From Candidatus Latescibacterota bacterium (GTDB lineage: Bacteria; Latescibacterota; UBA2968; UBA8231), in assembly GCA_965242865.1 (NCBI GenBank), contig CBDETK010000013.1, forward strand, positions 608,001 through 672,000: a DNA stretch of 64,000 nt, read 5' to 3'. The notes beneath the pieces were generated by a model. It saw only the letters and a program-made list of their open reading frames with translations, was not told the DNA's origin and made no database searches. Numbering within the stretch: the stretch's first letter is position 1; every line of letters starts with the position of its first letter. Below, one piece after another: positions 10,509-18,893 of this stretch. The translations under genes and the position numbers were made by a program.

Positions 10509-10950
10509 CACCAACGTTTTCGTGTACCGCCACGATAGCTCGGATCCGTCAAAGCAGGCTTGCGCCGAGCAATGGATCAGACTACTCGTGCATAGTCGCT
10601 CTGGTCGTCTGAGCTTTCAGGTGCTCCAAGAACTCTACGCGACTCTCACGCACGCGCAGCGGCTGAACCTTGGCCGGTCGGAGGCCCAAGAGATCGTCAA
10701 GATGCTCGCAACGTGGCGACCGATAGCCGTTGACCTCGCGATGCTGAACCGAGCTTGGGCCTTGCAGGACCGTTTTTTCGTGTCTTGGTGGGACGCGCTC
10801 ATCATCGCCGCCGCCCAGACCTGCGAGTGCCAGGTTCTGCTGACCGAGGACCTACAACACGCCCAAGAGTTCGGCGCGGTTCGGGTAGTCAATCCGTTTG
10901 CCGCGCCGGACCGGCCGCCGGAAGAGATACTGGCAGCGTTGGCGGTGTGA
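10486..10950 (+). CDS. vapC: PIN-domain toxin VapC
   Basis: FVDTNVFVY, QVLQE, SWWDALIIAAA, LLTED PIN motifs. Confidence 0.88.
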   Translation: MIGPVFVDTNVFVYRHDSSDPSKQACAEQWIRLLVHSRSGRLSFQVLQELYATLTHAQRLNLGRSEAQEIVKMLATWRPIAVDLAMLNRAWALQDRFFVSWWDALIIAAAQTCECQVLLTEDLQHAQEFGAVRVVNPFAAPDRPPEEILAALAV

Positions 10951-10980
10951 GCGTTTAATCGCCGCACGACCTCGCCCTCG

Positions 10981-11008
10981 CGCCGGTCGAGATGATCTTT
11001 GACCGGCG
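10981..11008 (+). terminator. GC-rich hairpin after vapC
   Basis: cgccggtcga-N8-ttgaccggcg stem with one G-U pair; no clear U tract. Confidence 0.3.
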
Positions 11009-11059
11009 AGCTAGTTTAAGCACACCTCTATACTTCCATCATCAAGGAGGAATACCACC

Positions 11060-11938
11060 ATGTTCGTCCGTGCATTCGCGTCCATCGCCCTCGTCTTTCT
11101 TCCCTTCTCTGCGACCGCTCAGATTACCCTCGCTCCCGACGATTTGCGCCTGCCCTTGGGCATGGCTTGGGAACAAGAAATCGCCACAGCCCAAGTCAGC
11201 CTAGCGGCTTCCGAATTCAACATCGGCTCTGCTGGTGCCGACCAATCCTTTGACCTGACTGGCGGCCTCGCCCACAGTACGTCCATTCGCGTTCGCAGTT
11301 CGGTCATCCCGCTGGAGCAGGCCCCCGCTGCCGCTCGCTTCCCCGACGCGGATTACGCCATCCACAACATTGTGCCTGTGTCCGGCACAATGGAAGAAAT
11401 CGAGACGTACCACTATTTCCAGCACACTGCCGCAGGCGATGTTCCCATCGGGGCCGAAGGACCAGCCGGACGAGTTCCCATCTCGATGGTCGATATAGGA
11501 ACGCCTTGGCCGCTGGAATTCGGCAAAAGCTGGACCATTGAAAATTTCTCCTTGGACCAGACTATAGCACCGGGAGTAACAAGTTCCGGTGTGTACGATT
11601 ATCAATACGCGGTTGATGCGTGGGGCGAGATTCGGCTGCCAGCGGGCACCTTTGAGTGCCTGCGCGTTCACCAGACAGGCACGGGCGTCGTTACCTTCAC
11701 GGGCGACGCCCGACTCGAGGCGTTGGGTGAAGTGACCGCCCAGATAGATGCCTATGGCTGGTACGCCCGTGGGATTGGGGCCATCGCCATGGTCATAGAG
11801 ACGAGGCAGACTTTTACCGACGGCAATCCCCCACCAACTACGACCACCCTAGTCGCCCGCCTCACTGAGGTGTCCAGCCCGGCCAGCGCGGTAGCCGCCA
11901 CGAGTTGGGGGGCCGTCAAGCAAACGTTTGCCGAATAG
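11060..11938 (+). CDS. Secreted beta-rich protein with C-terminal (T/S)WGxxK motif
   Basis: AAGGAGG RBS, signal peptide (..SATA/Q), DAWG.I.LPAGTFECLRV and WYARGIG motifs, ends SAVAATSWGAVKQTFAE. Confidence 0.75.
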   Translation: MFVRAFASIALVFLPFSATAQITLAPDDLRLPLGMAWEQEIATAQVSLAASEFNIGSAGADQSFDLTGGLAHSTSIRVRSSVIPLEQAPAAARFPDADYAIHNIVPVSGTMEEIETYHYFQHTAAGDVPIGAEGPAGRVPISMVDIGTPWPLEFGKSWTIENFSLDQTIAPGVTSSGVYDYQYAVDAWGEIRLPAGTFECLRVHQTGTGVVTFTGDARLEALGEVTAQIDAYGWYARGIGAIAMVIETRQTFTDGNPPPTTTTLVARLTEVSSPASAVAATSWGAVKQTFAE

Positions 11939-11941
11939 GTT

Positions 11942-11974
11942 TTACTGCCACTTGGTGCCGAGCAAGTACTTCAC
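11942..11974 (-). pseudogene. Vestigial VapC-like toxin start (MKYLLGTKWQ*)
   Basis: GTG overlaps the antitoxin TGA; resembles the PIN N-terminus MKYLLDT, then stops after 10 codons. Confidence 0.5.
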
Positions 11975-12210
11975 TGACAGGCTTCCCAATCGTCCTCGCC
12001 GAGTGGCTCATCCCAACCGGGCTGGTACGCGACCGTACCGCGGAGTGAGCCGAAGAAGGATTGGGGGTCGGGTTTGGCGTCCGGCTCTGGGGGGACGATG
12101 CAGGCTACGACCTTGCCGCGGTTGGTCAATTCCACGGTTTCATATTTGGTGCCGACTTCGCGCACGACTTGGGTGCATTTGGCTTTGAACTCGCTGATGG
12201 ACATCTGCAT
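11971..12210 (-). CDS. Phd/YefM family antitoxin (orphan)
   Basis: MSISEFKAKC..V.E......LTNRGKVVACIVP; FGSLRG...DEPL..DWEA. Confidence 0.85.
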   Translation of the reverse strand: MQMSISEFKAKCTQVVREVGTKYETVELTNRGKVVACIVPPEPDAKPDPQSFFGSLRGTVAYQPGWDEPLGEDDWEACQ

Positions 12211-12229
12211 GACCTCAACTCCTGACTAT

Positions 12230-12277
12230 ATGGTCATTTCATAAGACCATGTTAAACGGCACACCGCCTGTTGTCAA
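12230..12277 (-). promoter_or_regulatory. Sigma70 promoter and inverted-repeat operator of the Phd antitoxin
   Basis: Minus strand TTGACA (12277-12272), 17 bp spacer, TAACAT (12254-12249); ATGGTC-N9-GACCAT inverted repeat at 12230-12250. Confidence 0.65.
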
Positions 12278-12298
12278 TAATTTCCGTAGTGCCCTGCT

Positions 12299-12358
12299 AC
12301 ACCCCCGCCGGTGCCGGTCCCCGTCGCCTAATCCAACGACTCGACAGTATGTACTACC
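12299..12358 (-). repeat. Decayed duplicate of the glcF 3' end (direct repeat of 13469-13530)
   Basis: acacccccgc..ccgtcgcc.aatccaac..ctcgac.gtatg.ac.acc is shared; translates VVHTVESLD*ATG/PAPAGV versus glcF VVHTVELLDWATGGPRPAGV. Confidence 0.8.
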
Positions 12359-12430
12359 CATCGCGGCTCAACCTTTTTCACGACAAAGGCAACGCGGGAT
12401 GACCGAGCGTTGACGAGTGCCAGTTAATCA

Positions 12431-12808
12431 CTACTACCGGATCATCTTTCAACAATTGGATTAAACACCCTGCTCAGGAAAGTGCGGGATATTGACGACC
12501 TTATGAAGAAAGCGGCGGTGATAGCTGGAAGAAAGGAAAGCCGCAACCGTGTTGCGAAGTTTGGGGCTGTTCTTTTTGTTCGTGTGCGAATAGGGGGTTC
12601 AAGGCTAACGGCGGCACATGAAAGTAGAATGGGGGATATTCGGTCGGATTTACAGTGTTTTGATACGCACACGACCGAGTTGATTGGATATACCGAAGCG
12701 GCGGCGAATAGTCTGCCGGTGTGGCTGTATGATTCCGATAATGCCCGCCGGGCTACAGAGAAACAGGAATATCCTTCCATCGTTGAGGAGTTGTTGGAGA
12801 AATTCTGA
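12431..12808 (+). pseudogene. C-terminal remnant of a ParA/Soj-like ATPase
   Basis: Frame reads LLPDHLSTIGLNTLL...EAAANSLPVW...YPSIVEEL, a ParA C-terminal pattern; no Walker A or proper start. Confidence 0.5.
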
Positions 12809-13398
12809 TGAACAATTCAGCAAAGTTGACCGGACGGAAGTTGGACCGATTTCTGAGTGATCTTTCGGAGCTGATCGACACGTTTCCCTCACGGGAGACA
12901 AAGTCTCGGTTGGATCAGGAGTTAGGAGTATTAATTGGCTTCTTGGAGGAATTCAGAGAGCGGTTGAGATCTCTTCCTACGGAAGAGGATATGGACGGCG
13001 TCACGTCAGCCATCGAAACGATAAAAGACCAATTGCGTATCGCAGAGTCGGATCCCATGCTGTCTCGTGTAATTGGTATTTTGCCGGACAATGAAGCACC
13101 GAGCAAGTCTCAACACAAACCCATGACGAAACAGGATCACGAGGAAGCGAAGACTACGGCGGAAGCGATGAAAGGGATGGTACTTGGGGATATAGAGCAT
13201 AAGCTCAAGGACAAAAAAAAGTACAACAACGCCATGTTGCGGCAGATTGGAAATGAACTGGGACTACGCTTTCCCTCTAAGTCAACGCGGCTGTCGATGA
13301 TCGATAGGATCATAAAGCATATATCTAATCTTCAAGGGTACAGGTATCTTAGACATGGGGATGATAGGCCCCTGACGGAGATAACGGTTAACGAGTGA
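12808..13398 (+). CDS. Hypothetical helical protein coupled to the ParA remnant
   Basis: 196-aa low-GC ORF with TGATG overlap; C-terminal LRQIGNELGL..PSKSTR..MIDRI resembles small helical nucleic-acid-binding motifs. Confidence 0.65.
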   Translation: MNNSAKLTGRKLDRFLSDLSELIDTFPSRETKSRLDQELGVLIGFLEEFRERLRSLPTEEDMDGVTSAIETIKDQLRIAESDPMLSRVIGILPDNEAPSKSQHKPMTKQDHEEAKTTAEAMKGMVLGDIEHKLKDKKKYNNAMLRQIGNELGLRFPSKSTRLSMIDRIIKHISNLQGYRYLRHGDDRPLTEITVNE

Positions 13399-13463
13399 GT
13401 ACATTTTTATACGAGCACCAGCCAATGTGCTGGAAGTCCGCCTGTCTCCTAGTCTAAATCCGT

Positions 13464-14750
13464 CTATGACACCCCCGCTGGCCGAGGCCCCCCCGTCGCC
13501 CAATCCAACAGCTCGACGGTATGCACGACCGGCACCTCAGCGCGGGCGGCAATTTGCTCCATGCAGCCGATGTTGCCCGCGGCCACGACCTGCGGCGCGA
13601 CGCGGGCGATGTGCTCCACCTTGCGCGCTTGCAGCTTTTGCGCCAAGTGGGGGCGCAGCATGTTATAAGTGCCCGCACTGCCGCAGCAGATATGCCCCTC
13701 GGGCACCTCAACCACCTCAAAGCCCGCCGCCCTCAGCAGGTGCCGCGGCGGCTCGGTGACGTGCAAGCCGTGTTGGAGCGAACAGGCGTCGTGATAGGCC
13801 ACCCGCAGGGCCGGCGCACGACCAGCCTCGCCCAGCCCCAACTGCGCCACCACCTCAGAAACGTCCCGCACCCGCGCCACCACCGCTTTGGCCTTGTCGG
13901 CCCACTGCGGGTCGTGGCGAAAGATGTGATCGTATTCCTTAATCGCCGTACCGCACCCCGACGTATTGAGCACAATCGCGTCCAAACCGCCCGTTTCTAG
14001 CTCGCGATGCCAAACCTCAAGGGCGCGCTGCATCAGCTTGCGGCTGTGCCGACGCTCTCCTAGATGAAACGTCAGCGCACCGCAACAGCCCATGTCCGGC
14101 GGGATGACCACCTCAGCCCCCAGCCGCGTCAGTAGCCGCACGGTCGCATCGTTGATCTGCGGCCCCAACACCTGTTGGACGCACCCGGTGAGCAGGGCCA
14201 CGCGCAGCCGCCGCGTGCCCTCGGCCGGCACGACCCCGGGCCGAGCCACAGCCGCCGGCCGCGGCAACCGCTTGGGCGTCATGGCCAACAGCGGCCGCAG
14301 GGCTCGGGGCAGCAGGCCGGAGAACGCACGACCCACGCCAGCCATTTTGAGTGCCCAGCGCATGCGGGCCGGATAGGGCAACAGCCGCGTCAGCAGGGCG
14401 CGCAGCATGCGGTCCGCCCAAGGCCGCTTGACGAGCTTTTCCAGCCGCGGCCGGGCCGTTTCCAAGAGGCGCGAGTAATCCACGCCGCTCGGGCAGGTGG
14501 TCTCGCACGCGAGGCAGCCGAGGCAGTTGTCAATGTGCTCGACCGTCTGCTCGCTTGGGGGGACATCCTCTTCAAGCATGTTTTTGATCAGGTAAATGCG
14601 GCCGCGCGGGCCTTCGAGTTCGTTGCCGGTGAGCAAATAGGTGGGGCAGGTGGCATTGCAAAAGCCGCAGTGGACGCAGGCGCGCAACACCTGTTCGGAC
14701 GCGGCAACCTCCGGGTCTTGCAGCCGATGCGGGGGAATGGTCGTGCGCAT
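13464..14750 (-). CDS. glcF: Glycolate oxidase iron-sulfur subunit
   Basis: CVHCGFCNATCPTY and CLGCLACETTCP 4Fe-4S motifs; two CCG domains; HTVELLDWATGGP end. Confidence 0.92.
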   Translation of the reverse strand: MRTTIPPHRLQDPEVAASEQVLRACVHCGFCNATCPTYLLTGNELEGPRGRIYLIKNMLEEDVPPSEQTVEHIDNCLGCLACETTCPSGVDYSRLLETARPRLEKLVKRPWADRMLRALLTRLLPYPARMRWALKMAGVGRAFSGLLPRALRPLLAMTPKRLPRPAAVARPGVVPAEGTRRLRVALLTGCVQQVLGPQINDATVRLLTRLGAEVVIPPDMGCCGALTFHLGERRHSRKLMQRALEVWHRELETGGLDAIVLNTSGCGTAIKEYDHIFRHDPQWADKAKAVVARVRDVSEVVAQLGLGEAGRAPALRVAYHDACSLQHGLHVTEPPRHLLRAAGFEVVEVPEGHICCGSAGTYNMLRPHLAQKLQARKVEHIARVAPQVVAAGNIGCMEQIAARAEVPVVHTVELLDWATGGPRPAGVS

Positions 14751-14754
14751 GAGG

Positions 14755-15225
14755 TCAGCTCCGTTCGTCCCGCAGCCAGCGCGACAGGGCCTTGTCGGGT
14801 GCGCTAATTTCTGCGAGCGAGGTGTAGTAGTAGGCTTGCCAGCCATCTTGCGGCAGGCCGGTGAACAGCATCAGGTTCAGGGGGTAGTTTTCTGAATCCG
14901 TGCAGCGGCGGAAGTCGTCGCGAAAGAGAAAGGTCGGCTTGCCGAGGGCAATGGCTGCCCCCAGCTCGACCATTACTCCCTCGTCCGGGGGCGTCCCATT
15001 GACAATGGCGAAAATGGCGTCGGCCTCGACCACGTCGCGCAAGTCGGCTTGGCCGACCGCGTAGGCCCAGCCCGGCGCGGAAAAGTCAACTTGGTTGTTG
15101 CGGGCAAAAGGCTCCCACACTTCAGCCCCCAAGGCCTCCAACGCGGCGACAAACTGCGGCAGGAGCCGCTCCTTCCAATGCGGCGAGAATCCATAAGGGC
15201 TAGCGAGATAGAGGGTCTTTTTCAT
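14755..15225 (-). CDS. Nucleoside 2-deoxyribosyltransferase family protein
   Basis: LYLASPYGFS, DEGVMVELG and NLML motifs. Confidence 0.85.
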   Translation of the reverse strand: MKKTLYLASPYGFSPHWKERLLPQFVAALEALGAEVWEPFARNNQVDFSAPGWAYAVGQADLRDVVEADAIFAIVNGTPPDEGVMVELGAAIALGKPTFLFRDDFRRCTDSENYPLNLMLFTGLPQDGWQAYYYTSLAEISAPDKALSRWLRDERS

Positions 15226-15326
15226 AGTGCGCTCCAGTGTTGTGTATATACAGCTGGCTGAAAAGATACGCGATACGCCCTATATTCTGTAATATAGGCC
15301 CTACAACGCAAACGAGGCGTCCCTCC

Positions 15327-16361
15327 ATGGCAAAGCCGTCCCTCATCCTCCGCGAAAACACCCCACTGGCACCTCTCACCACCATGGGCCTCGGCGGCCC
15401 GGCGCGCTACTTGGCCGAGTGTACCTCTTTGGCTGAGTTGCGCGCCTGCTTGACGTGGGCGGCGGCCGAGGGCCTGCCCGTGCAAGTGCTCGGCCGCGGC
15501 AGCAACGTGCTGTTTGCCGACGCGGGATACAGCGGCGTAGTGCTCAAAGTGGACCTCCGCGGCATGGCGTTTTCCGGCGAGACCGTTGAGGTGGCGGCGG
15601 GCGAGGACTGGGATGGCTTTGTGCAGTGCTGCGTGGAGCGCGGCTTAGCCGGCGTAGAATGTCTTTCGGGCATCCCCGGGTCGGTGGGGGCGACGCCCAT
15701 CCAAAACGTGGGTGCTTATGGCCAAGAAGTAAAAGACACCATCGCGGAAGTGCGCGTCCTCGACCGGCAGACCTTGGCGGAAGTCGCGTTTGCCCCGGCC
15801 GAGTGCGGCTTTGCCTACCGCCAGAGCCGCTTTAAGGGCGCGGACCGCGACCGCTTTATCGTGACCTCGGTGACGTATCGCTTGGACGCGGGCGGCCAGC
15901 CGCAAATCCGCTACCCCGAGCTGCGCCGGCACGTGCGCGACGCCCAACCGACCTTAGCCGCGGTGCGCGCCGCCGTGCTCGCGCTCCGCCACGGCAAGTC
16001 CATGGTCATCGACCCGCAAGACCCCAACGCCCGGTCGGTCGGCTCTTTCTTCCTAAATCCAGTCCTCAACGCGGCCGCTTTTGCCGCCTTGCAAGACCGC
16101 TATCCCAAGGTCCCGCACTTTCCCGATGCGGCGGGCGTCAAAGTCCCGGCCGCTTGGCTGGTGGAGCAAGCGGGATTTCACAAGGGGTTGCAACGGGGTG
16201 AGGTCGGCATTTCCGAGCGACACGCGCTGGCCTTAGTCAATCGCCGTGGCACGACCCGCCAAGTCCTCGCCTTGGCCGGTGAGATTCGGGACGCGGTCGA
16301 GCAAACCTTTGGCATTCGGCTGGAGCGGGAGCCGGTGTTGGTGGAGAATCCTCGGCCGTGA
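15327..16361 (+). CDS. murB: UDP-N-acetylenolpyruvoylglucosamine reductase
   Basis: LGRGSNVL, GIPGSVGATPIQNVGAYGQE, YRQSRFK, GSFFLNP, HALALVN motifs. Confidence 0.95.
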   Translation: MAKPSLILRENTPLAPLTTMGLGGPARYLAECTSLAELRACLTWAAAEGLPVQVLGRGSNVLFADAGYSGVVLKVDLRGMAFSGETVEVAAGEDWDGFVQCCVERGLAGVECLSGIPGSVGATPIQNVGAYGQEVKDTIAEVRVLDRQTLAEVAFAPAECGFAYRQSRFKGADRDRFIVTSVTYRLDAGGQPQIRYPELRRHVRDAQPTLAAVRAAVLALRHGKSMVIDPQDPNARSVGSFFLNPVLNAAAFAALQDRYPKVPHFPDAAGVKVPAAWLVEQAGFHKGLQRGEVGISERHALALVNRRGTTRQVLALAGEIRDAVEQTFGIRLEREPVLVENPRP

Positions 16362-16516
16362 ACGAAGCGACCGCTCGGCGCAAGATCGACCGGCTGCTCG
16401 AAAACGCGGGTTGGCGATTCTTCGACGACGACGCTGGCCGAGCCAATATCCGCTTGGAAGCGCAGGTCGCCCTCAAGCGCGACGACCTCGACCGCTCCCG
16501 TAACTCACAGTCCTGA
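16358..16516 (+). pseudogene. hsdR: N-terminal remnant (52 aa) of a type I-like restriction subunit
   Basis: MNEATARRKIDRLLENAGWRFF...ANIRLE resembles EcoAI/EcoEI-type R N-termini; GTG overlaps the murB stop; early stop. Confidence 0.6.
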
Positions 16517-16526
16517 CAATATCAAT

Positions 16527-18220
16527 ATGCTCGACACCGCGACCAAACGCCGGATTGACACAGCCCGCGACATCCTCGTCGGCAAAGTGCCCGACCCGAA
16601 GAACCAAGTGGAACAGATCACCATCGCGCTCATCTACAAATTCATGGACGACCTCGATGCCGAGAGCGAGGAGTTGGGCGGGCAGCGCACGTTCTTTGCC
16701 GGTGAATTCGCCGGCTATGGGTGGGCCAAGCTGATGCAAGCCGGCTTGGGCGGCCACGAGACCTTGAACCTGTACGCCGAGGCCATTGCGCGGATGCCGG
16801 AAAACCCGGGCATGCCGCTGCTGTTCCGCAGCATTTTCAACAATGCCTATCTTCCCTACCGCGACCCAGAGACCTTGCGCGCCTTCCTCGCGATCATCGA
16901 CGAGTTCGCGTATGATCACAGCGAGCGGCTGGGCGATGCCTTTGAGTATCTGCTCTCGGTGCTTGGCTCGCAGGGCGACGCTGGGCAGTTTCGCACACCG
17001 CGCCACGTCATCGACTTCATGGTCGCCGTTATTGACCCCAAGAAAGACGAGACTGTTCTCGATCCGGCCTGCGGCACGGCCGGGTTCTTGATTTCGTCGT
17101 ACAAGCACATTCTCAAGGCCAATACCGACGCCGAGGGCTACAGTACGCTGACGCCCGACGAAAAGGGGACGCTCGCGGCCATACGCCATTCCATCAAGGT
17201 AAAACCGAGTTTGGTCGAATGTTCATAGGCGACCCGACAAAATGGACGACTGAGCCGCAGAGGTTCGCCGAGGATGGCGATGTTCTCATATCCGTCCGTG
17301 CGCCTGTTGGCCCGGTCAATCTTACTACTCAGCGAGTTTGTATAGGCCGAGGACTCGCTGCAATCAGGCCAAGGGCAACCCGCTTGCTCACACACTACAC
17401 CTTTTACGTTCTGCGTATCTTGGAATCAGAAATAACCGGCAGTGCTGGCGCAGCGTTTGCGTCAATAAACAAGACTGACATCGAGAAGATCGAAATCCCC
17501 CTGCCACCGCTGGAGGTGCAGCAGGAAATCGTCGCGGAGATTGAGAACTATCAGCGGGTGATAGACGGGGCGCGGGCAGTGGTGGAGAACTGGAGGCCGC
17601 AGATTGCGATTGAGTCGGAATGGCCGGTGGTGGCGATTGGGGATGTGTGTGATAGCATTTTAAGCGGGGGCACACCTTCGACAAAAAATGAAGAATACTG
17701 GAAGAGCGATATTCCTTGGATTACAAGCGCGGACATTGTGAACATCAGGGCCGCACAGCCAAGAAAGTACATCACTGATAAAGCCATTAGACAATCAGCG
17801 ACTAATTTGATTCCTAGAGAAAATATCATTGTCGCAACAAGGGTTGGACTAGGAAAACTGTTCAAAAACGAACTTGATGTTTGCATCAGCCAAGATTCTC
17901 AAGGGCTAATCATAAAGAACGAAATCAATGCAGATTATCTGGTGTACATACTCAGAGATCGGGTTGCGAATTTCAAAAACGTAAGTCAAGGATCGACCAT
18001 ACAAGGAGTTACCAAAAAGCAGTTATCAGAACTCCAAATCCCGCTCCCTCCTCTTGAAACTCAGCAAGCCATCGTCGCCGAGATAGAGGCGGAACGGGCT
18101 ATCGTTCCCGCCAACCGGGAATTGGTAGAGCGGATGGAGGAGAAAATTCGGACGGCGATTGGGCGCGTGTGGAATAAGAATAATAACGTGCCAATATCAA
18201 ACGCGAAGGCGATTGCGTAA
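16527..18220 (+). pseudogene. N6-adenine MTase-specificity (M-S) fusion broken by an internal deletion and frameshift near 17170
   Basis: 5' part has GQFRTPR and DPACGTAGFL but no motif IV; at ~17175 another frame reads PFHQGKTEFG..SVRAPVG..CIGRG (TRD1), IPLPPLEVQ, then TRD2 (GGTPS) to the stop at 18220. Confidence 0.75.
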
Positions 18221-18308
18221 ATGAATTAGCCGATTTGGTGGGAATGGGAACAGGACTTTACTACGAGACCCTTGTCACTGTAACCGCATATCCGAAAGAG
18301 GTGCTCCC

Positions 18309-18476
18309 ATGAAATCCATATCCTTGCAGATCACCTATCGAAAGGGCAAGCCCTTCGCGGCTTATATTTACCTCGCTTCCAAGCATAGACAGAAAAGTGT
18401 ACGCACTAGGCAGGTGACACAAGACCTTTTGCAGGATGCCGAAGTCCGAGAAATCGAACTGGCTGTACTAAAGTGA
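18309..18476 (+). pseudogene. Shortened DUF2283-like antitoxin preceded by a toxin C-terminal remnant (..LVTVTAYPKEVLP*)
   Basis: LQITYRKGKPFAAYIYL...KSVRT; the usual central DY..G..IGIEI segment appears absent; ATGA coupling to the upstream remnant. Confidence 0.45.
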
Positions 18477-18572
18477 CCACCTCACTTAGGATATAAGGAC
18501 GCTTGCGGATGGGTGGGTACGTCAAGCATCGGATTGTCAATGCGGTAGAACAGGGCTATTATAAACTCGGCC

Positions 18573-18893
18573 GTGGTCATCAGGATGCTCCTTGGCTGGA
18601 AGGGTGGATACTCTCAGCGTAGGAACTACCGTGACCACGGTCAACATACTAGCGCCATTAGTTATCTAGTCGGCGATTTACCTAGCAGAGCATCATATAT
18701 GCTAAAGACAGGATATATTGTAACAGCAGTGGCGGGAAACTCTGTTGGGACCTGTAAACACGCCACTACCATGATTGGCGAGGAGTACGAGGAATGCATC
18801 TGTAGCAACGGTTTCCGGGTTTTGCGAAACTTTCGGATTGATCCCTACTTTCTTTTATTTTTTATGCGTACCGATTGGTTGAGAAACGTATGA
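18573..18893 (+). pseudogene. Degraded TRD/HsdS-like fragment
   Basis: LPSRASY.LK.G.I......GT......CICSNGFRVLR..IDPYFL is TRD-like; its stop overlaps the next ATG. Confidence 0.5.
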
